A DNA stretch of 46,101 nt, taken from NCBI GenBank assembly GCA_044376115.1, contig JBILLK010000046.1:1-46101 (forward strand). The letters run 5' to 3'. The number at the start of each line of letters is the position of its first letter. Positions within the stretch are counted from its first letter, which is position 1. Under the pieces are notes generated by a model that worked only from the letters and a program-made list of their open reading frames with translations, searched no databases and had not been told where the DNA came from. Source of the stretch: Polyangiaceae bacterium (GTDB lineage Bacteria; Myxococcota_A; Polyangia; Polyangiales; Polyangiaceae). Both the position numbers and the translations under genes were made by a program. Positions 40,833-46,101 of the stretch are shown here, in pieces.

Positions 40833-41399
40833 GATCCGGCGTTGGCCGCACGAATCGTCAAGGCGCTCGAGAGCGCGAAGCTGCGTGCTCGGCTCGACCC
40901 GGAGCGCGGGCTCGATCACGGCGCGTGGCTGCCGCTCCGAGCGATGGCGCCCAAGGCCGAGGTCCCGGTGGTGATGCTTTCGCTCAATGCGCGCGCTTCC
41001 TCCGACGAGCACGTCGCCGTGGGAGCTCTACTCGAGCCGCTTCGTCGGGAAGGCGTGCTCGTAATCGCCAGCGGTGGAGTCACCCACAACCAGGAGGCCT
41101 TTCGACGCGGGTACTTTAGCGGCGATGAAAGGGCGAAGAACCCGCCTGAATGGAGCGTCGGCTTCGACGGCTGGGTTGCGAGCACGCTCGCAATCGCGGA
41201 GCCGAGAGTCAGGCTAGAGACGCTCGCGTCCTACGCGAGCCGGGAGGACTACGCGCGCGCGCATCCGACGCCAGAACATTTCTGGCCGGTGTTGGTGGCT
41301 GCTGGCGCGGCCGGCTCCGACGCTGGCGTCAAGGTGCACGCCGGCTTCCAGCACGGTCTTTCCATGTCAGCGTTCCTGTTCGGCGGGTTGGCGGTTTGA
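40830..41399 (+). pseudogene. LigB/DODA-type extradiol dioxygenase, C-terminal fragment
   Basis: GDPALAARI, RGLDHGAW, SGGVTHN, AHPTPEHF; the N-terminal SHG/SAH region is absent. Confidence 0.8.
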
Positions 41400-41401
41400 A
41401 G

Positions 41402-41755
41402 TCACCGCGTCTTGGGCATGGGCGGAGTCATCGTGAGACAAGCCTGTGGCTGACTGCCATTGAACAGCTTCTCGAGCGCGGAGCCGACCGCAGTTGCGGA
41501 GCCGCTCGCGCCAGCCGTCGCACTCGGATTCGCTGATGCGATGACGACGGTACTGGCGGTCGTAGAGGGTTGGGGATTGCTGGACGTGCGGGTGGCAACA
41601 CTCAGGCACGGTCCCGGCGCCGGCGAGGCCTTGTGCTCCTCGCCGCAGGCCATCAGAGTCAACCCGGCGAGCGCGGAGGCGACGAGCGACGCGCGCCGTT
41701 GAAGAATCGAACGACCGTCTTCCTCATCCTTGTCATCCCAATCCCCCTCGTCCAT
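41402..41755 (-). CDS. small secreted/lipoprotein with repeated xCL motifs
   Basis: ILQRRASLVASALAGLTLMAC; GPCLS and QACLT. Confidence 0.55.
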   Translation of the reverse strand: MDEGDWDDKDEEDGRSILQRRASLVASALAGLTLMACGEEHKASPAPGPCLSVATRTSSNPQPSTTASTVVIASANPSATAGASGSATAVGSALEKLFNGSQPQACLTMTPPMPKTR

Positions 41756-41827
41756 GGCTCCCCCAGGGCATTGTCCACGGATGCGCGGGATGCGTCCACC
41801 CTTCGGAATGCGGAACTCTGACGGTCT

Positions 41828-42577
41828 TCAGCGCCTACGGGTCATCTCCAACCCGGCCTTCTTCGTAGGGCGTTTCTCTTTCGTGCACAGGTCGTTGTCG
41901 GCCGGACGCTCCCCGAACGCGAGCGTGTCGCCCTCCTGGAACACGAGGTCGAAGTCCTGCTTGCAGGACGCGATCGGGCGTTGTCCGAGCCCGGCACATC
42001 CGTCTTTGCCCACGTCCACCTCTGCGCCCACCGGAAACACGCCCGCCCCGCAACCCTTCGGGCTCGCTAGGAAGTCGGAGGCGGCTTGCATATGCGCCTT
42101 TGTCGACTTCCTGGTGAAGCCAAAGCGTCCCTCCCACCCAGGGCTGGCCTGGGCCGCTTGTTCCGTAACCTGGTAGTCCCCTTCGATTCGTACGGTCGGT
42201 TCGATGGTTGTTCCGAGTGTGCGAACGACACTAACGTTGCCGCTGACCACCGGCTCGAGTTCGGCCGTGAGCGAAGCCGGGATCTCGAAAGCACCTGTGT
42301 CGTCGACCGAGCAGAAAACGTAGGCGTTGGTCATCGTGTCGAGGTTGTAGGTCGAGACGAAGAGGATCACTTCTCCGTCGCCGCTTCCCGACCATTCAAG
42401 CGCATAGGGTTGGCCGAGTTCGAGCGGCCTACTGCTCAGGCTTACCAGCGTGGGCGTGGTCAAGGTCGCGCTAGCAGCGGGGAAATCAGTTCCGCCGCTG
42501 ACTTCGAAGGAAAGCGACGTTCCCGACTCGACCAGCGCCGATTCGGGGGGCACTTCGCGCGAGTAGCATCTCGACAT
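41828..42577 (-). CDS. probable chimeric ORF (beta-sandwich fragment plus APCDD1-like C-terminal fragment)
   Basis: No signal peptide; sequence character changes near TIEP|TVRIEG; C-terminus DFDLV...LAFGERPADNDLC...RP. Confidence 0.4.
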   Translation of the reverse strand: MSRCYSREVPPESALVESGTSLSFEVSGGTDFPAASATLTTPTLVSLSSRPLELGQPYALEWSGSGDGEVILFVSTYNLDTMTNAYVFCSVDDTGAFEIPASLTAELEPVVSGNVSVVRTLGTTIEPTVRIEGDYQVTEQAAQASPGWEGRFGFTRKSTKAHMQAASDFLASPKGCGAGVFPVGAEVDVGKDGCAGLGQRPIASCKQDFDLVFQEGDTLAFGERPADNDLCTKEKRPTKKAGLEMTRRR

Positions 42578-42668
42578 GTCCGCAGCTGGTAACGGCGCGG
42601 CGCGGAGAAAACAATGGTCGGCTGGCGTCCACCGGCCGCCAGAGGATACGAGTGTGCGCTGAGGCTTT

Positions 42669-43031
42669 TCAGCCTTGCTGGCTAAAGTCGATGCAGGGTC
42701 GGACTTCCACTGAGCCCGTCTTCGCCGCCGGGAGCCGAGCCGCGATGGCCAGCGCCTCCTCGCGGTCCTTGGCTTTGATCAAGTAGAAACCACCGAGCTG
42801 CTCCCTGGTCTCAGCGAACGGGCCATCGGTGCTGAGCACCTTACCCGCGCGAACGCGGACGGTGCTCGCGCTGGAGGTGGGGTGCAGCGCTTCACCCCCG
42901 AGGTAGTGCCCGCTTTGCTTGATGCTCTCGGTGAAGGCCTCGTACTCGCCGAGTAGCTCGGCCATCTCAGCCTCGCTCTTTCCGTCGTCGTTCTTTTCGT
43001 TGTCGTAGAGGGCTAGCAGGTAGGTAATCAC
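42669..43031 (-). CDS. YciI family protein (DGPF domain)
   Basis: GGEALHP, TDGPFAETREQLGGFYLI, SVEVRP; GTG start. Confidence 0.9.
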   Translation of the reverse strand: MITYLLALYDNEKNDDGKSEAEMAELLGEYEAFTESIKQSGHYLGGEALHPTSSASTVRVRAGKVLSTDGPFAETREQLGGFYLIKAKDREEALAIAARLPAAKTGSVEVRPCIDFSQQG

Positions 43032-43095
43032 TCGGCACGAGTAGCACGGCCCTCCGCCATGAATCACCAGAAAGCCGGCCGCGTCGCGACGGGCC

Positions 43096-43734
43096 TTGAC
43101 GACCACGGTCGTGGCGCAGACCCTGCGACGCGTGACGTACCGCACCAAGGAGAGTCGCCCTTCAACGCAGTTCGAGCTGCGGACCGCTCCGGGATATTGG
43201 GCTGCAGCTGCGCTGATGTCGCTGCTCGGAGCGGGAGTCGCCCTGCTCTTCGTTTGGGGCACGGTTTCTCACGGAGAGCCACCGCTTGGCGCTTTGGTAC
43301 GAGGTACCGCTGTGCTCGGACTCGTGGCGATTTTCTGGTTCGCGACCTCCGCCTACCGAGTGAACGGTACCATCGTCGTAGACGATGAGCAGGTGGCGTT
43401 CGTTGACGCTGCGGGCCGCACGCATTGGTCGCTCCCGGTGCGTGAAGTGAGCTTCGAGTTCGCCGCCAACATGGTTGTCCTGAGGAGCGCCAAACAGGTC
43501 CAACGGATCTCCGTCCGAGTGTTCAGCTCCCGCGCTGCCGTCGATCAGCTCTCGCAGGCGCTGATGGTGCGGGCGTTGGGAGAGCACGCCGGGAAGGCGA
43601 TGCATGGGATCTTCGCCGAGTTCTTCGCGCGCGCCGCGAAGCCAGACGGGTTGAGCTCGGATGCAGCGCCCTCGAGTCCAGCAGACGCCGAGCTCGAAGC
43701 GCGCCTCAACGCCGAACTCGAGAAGCTCGACTGA
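43096..43734 (+). CDS. hypothetical membrane protein
   Basis: Two TM segments followed by a PH-like region; LEARLNAELEKLD tail. Confidence 0.55.
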   Translation: MTTTVVAQTLRRVTYRTKESRPSTQFELRTAPGYWAAAALMSLLGAGVALLFVWGTVSHGEPPLGALVRGTAVLGLVAIFWFATSAYRVNGTIVVDDEQVAFVDAAGRTHWSLPVREVSFEFAANMVVLRSAKQVQRISVRVFSSRAAVDQLSQALMVRALGEHAGKAMHGIFAEFFARAAKPDGLSSDAAPSSPADAELEARLNAELEKLD

Positions 43735-43772
43735 GGATCGCGGAGTGGCCGGCGTGCTCCTCGGCGGTGGCG

Positions 43773-44153
43773 CTACTCGATGGCCTGTACCAAAGCGATC
43801 AGATCGTCGGGCCGCACCACGTGCACCTCGTAGCGATCGAGGAGCTCTTCCTCCAAGCGGTGAAGGCTCTCATCTTCTGTGACGAGAAACTCGACGCGCC
43901 GGTCGACGGCCAAGGCGAGCAGCTGCAGTTTGCTCGACTGTCCCTCATTCGCGAGCGCGGCGCTGAGCGAGAGGTCGGGGAACAGCAAGCCGCGCAGCTC
44001 GTCGAGTTTGGCGTCGTCTTCGCGCATCGGCGCCGGCGTCCTCTCGATGAGCTCCACGCGGCGCCCTTCATGCCAGGCGTCGAGCGTGCGCAAGGCCGTG
44101 CCGTGGGCTGCGGATAGACCCGCATCAACAAGAATGGTCGGAGGTCGGGACAT
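43773..44153 (-). CDS. hypothetical protein, degenerate PIN-like
   Basis: ILVDA N-terminus; LALAV...FLVTEDESL...VVRPDDL. Confidence 0.5.
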   Translation of the reverse strand: MSRPPTILVDAGLSAAHGTALRTLDAWHEGRRVELIERTPAPMREDDAKLDELRGLLFPDLSLSAALANEGQSSKLQLLALAVDRRVEFLVTEDESLHRLEEELLDRYEVHVVRPDDLIALVQAIE

Positions 44154-44243
44154 GGGCGTTCCTCGGCGCTTCAGCTGCGATGGCCGAGCTGCCATAGCCG
44201 CTACTGTGGCTGGTGCATGCAACGAAGTAGCACGATTCGTTAG

Positions 44244-45575
44244 CTATTGATCCTCGAGTGGTCGGCGCACGAGAGCTCGTTGGGGCAGGCCGTGTTGATA
44301 GGCCTGAACACGCCAACCGAGGTCTCCCAATAGACGATAGAGCAGGTCCGGGAAAGGGGCTTTGGCCATCGCTTCGATGGCCTCGTCCGGGATGACCTTG
44401 CTTGTCGACAGTGCGAGCGCAGCCAGCTCCAAGGACTTAGCGACGTGCAGCGCCGGACCGCTTGGGTCATCCAGAGAACGACCCGCGATGGCGCCGCCCC
44501 CTCCCAGCGGAAGTCCGCCGGACCAACCGTAGCCCGCCGCCTCGGCGAAGTGCCGGGTCACTCGCAGCGCAGTGCGGTTGTGCTCGGCCTCGGGGAAGCC
44601 GCAGTTGATGACGGCCACCATACGAGCGCCGTCGATTTGCCGTGTGGTGCGCGCCTTCGCTACCTGTTCGAGTGCATGCGTCGCGAGCGCCGGGAGCGCG
44701 TCGACGTAGAGCGGGCTCGCCAGCACGAGCAGGTCGGCGGCGGCGAGGGCTGCGGCGCTCTCGTGCGCGGGCTCGTCATCACGGACGAACTCGGTGGCAT
44801 AGTGAAACTCGACCTCGATACCGTGAACCTCGAGGCGCCTCGCGAGGGAGCGTGCGATGTGCTCGGAGGTGCTGGTCCCTTTCGGCTTGGCGCTCCCAAT
44901 CAGAAACGCTGCACGCTTCGGCGCGGGCGCATCTGGCAGAGCATCGGCGCAAGCGCTCCGGAACAGCTCCTCGCGCAGCTGTTCCCTCGATTCGATACTG
45001 TTGCCCGGCGCCGTTCGCGAGGCGAGGAGCTCGCGAAGCTCGTTGGCCCAAGCCGCGCACGGCTCGCCATGAACTACGGTCGCTCCCACCGCTGGCGCCA
45101 GCAGATTCAGGCCGTTGGCATCCGCAAGGCCACGAAAGGTCTGCGCCTGGGCCACGTCTTCATGCGGCTGGTAACCCACGCAGTAAAGGCTGGCATGCCT
45201 TTCGTAGCGGTGGCCATGGTGGGTGAGCTGCGCTCGTTTCTCGAAGAATGGCGAGAGCAGGCAAATCAAGCGGTCGATCGCCCGTTTCAACGCGTAGCCG
45301 TGAGCCCCGAAGACAACAGGCCCGATGGTCACCAAGGCGTCGGCCTTGTGCACCTCTGCGATGATGTCTTGCTCTGCGTCCTTCGAGCGGCAACGGCCTG
45401 GCGTAGTTACCCAACAGTCGAACTCGCCTTGGCAATAGGCGAGCTTCATCGAGGCGAGGTCGAACCAGGCAAGCGAGTGGTACCCCGCACCTTCGAGCGC
45501 ACCGCGGAGCAGCGCGGCAAGTTCAGTAAGCGGTTCTTGGCCTGTGGGGAGGTGGGCAAGGACGACAGCGTGCAT
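44244..45575 (-). CDS. tandem flavodoxin-fold NAD(P)H-dependent oxidoreductase
   Basis: CQGEFDCW...PGRC, GSAKPKGTSTS, LASPLYVD, INCGFPE. Confidence 0.8.
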   Translation of the reverse strand: MHAVVLAHLPTGQEPLTELAALLRGALEGAGYHSLAWFDLASMKLAYCQGEFDCWVTTPGRCRSKDAEQDIIAEVHKADALVTIGPVVFGAHGYALKRAIDRLICLLSPFFEKRAQLTHHGHRYERHASLYCVGYQPHEDVAQAQTFRGLADANGLNLLAPAVGATVVHGEPCAAWANELRELLASRTAPGNSIESREQLREELFRSACADALPDAPAPKRAAFLIGSAKPKGTSTSEHIARSLARRLEVHGIEVEFHYATEFVRDDEPAHESAAALAAADLLVLASPLYVDALPALATHALEQVAKARTTRQIDGARMVAVINCGFPEAEHNRTALRVTRHFAEAAGYGWSGGLPLGGGGAIAGRSLDDPSGPALHVAKSLELAALALSTSKVIPDEAIEAMAKAPFPDLLYRLLGDLGWRVQAYQHGLPQRALVRRPLEDQ

Positions 45576-45781
45576 ACTCCTGCGGCAGCAAGTCTCACGC
45601 CAGCAACATTGCCGAGCGAGCCACCTCGCATCCGAGCCAGAACGCTAACTTTGCGCGCCAAAGCGAGCCGATTGCGCGATGGCAGCCATAGCCGTTTAGC
45701 CGACGATCAGTTCGTAGCCGTACTGCTCGACGAGCGCTGAGAACAAAGCGTTCGGTAGATCGCTTCGCGCTGGCCTCCTGA

Positions 45782-46101
45782 AAATGACTCGTGCCAAAGA
45801 CGAAGGACAACGGGGCCTTCGGCGGATTCTCTCGAAGAGGGCCCGAGTCATTGGGTTTGCTGCATCAACCTTCGGTTGAATGACTCGTGCCAAAGACGAA
45901 GGACAACGGGGCCTTCGGCGGATTCTCTCGAAGAGGGCCCGAGTCATTGGGTTTGCTGCATCAACCTTCGGTTGAATGACTCGTGCCAAAGACGAAGGAC
46001 AACGGGGCCTTCGGCGGATTCTCTCGAAGAGGGCCCGAGTCATTGGGTTTGCTGCATCAACCTTCGGTTGAATGACTCGTGCCAAAGACGAAGGACAACG
46101 G
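45782..46101. repeat. head-to-tail tandem array of a 96-bp structured element (3 full + 1 partial copy, runs off the window)
   Basis: Units start at 45782, 45878, 45974 and 46070; identical except the first base of unit 1 (AAAT vs GAAT). Confidence 0.95.

Noticed and set aside
41790..41812. Possible third element copy (tgcgtccacccttcggaatg), and ccgaaggtgg at ~19572
   Set aside because: Only short matches in GC-rich DNA; the long stem is absent.
45696..46085. 129-aa repeat ORF as a real gene
   Set aside because: It is a by-product of a 96-bp (multiple of 3) repeat. The unique tail at 45696-45781 might be the end of an interrupted gene but cannot be assessed here.
45782..46101. CRISPR array
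   Set aside because: Units are identical over the full 96 bp, with no unique spacers and no cas genes.

Overview
High-GC bacterial DNA. The Cys-rich lipoproteins, an AgmX/PglI-like domain and an FG-GAP/CARDB protein suggest Myxococcota (Polyangiaceae-like); this is an inference. About 40 accessory and housekeeping genes are present, including CobW_C + WD40, two AraC and one LysR regulators, a divergent EF-Tu paralog, M50 protease, an FtsH-like AAA ATPase, DUF429, GT2, AsnB, ChrA, GFA, DJ-1/PfpI, PaiB, GNAT, a cupin, an LLM oxidoreductase, YciI and a flavodoxin-fold protein. I saw no tRNA, rRNA, CRISPR array or transposase. The main signal is a ~95-96 bp structured mini-element family. One 95-bp copy (5666-5760, flanked by GAAT direct repeats) cleanly interrupts the EF-Tu paralog, and removing it restores ...PVEDVF-TIEGRGTVVTGR... 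A ~80%-identical 96-bp relative forms a head-to-tail tandem array at the window end (45782-46101). The two copies share stems, a compensatory base-pair change and GNA-triloop hairpins. Also notable: an FtsH-like ATPase whose M41 protease domain appears replaced by an Sm/Hfq-like domain, next to an M50 protease; a leader-peptide/attenuator-like region upstream of the tuf paralog; an inverted remnant of a second tuf allele running into an 83-bp tandem repeat; and several deletion-type gene chimeras.
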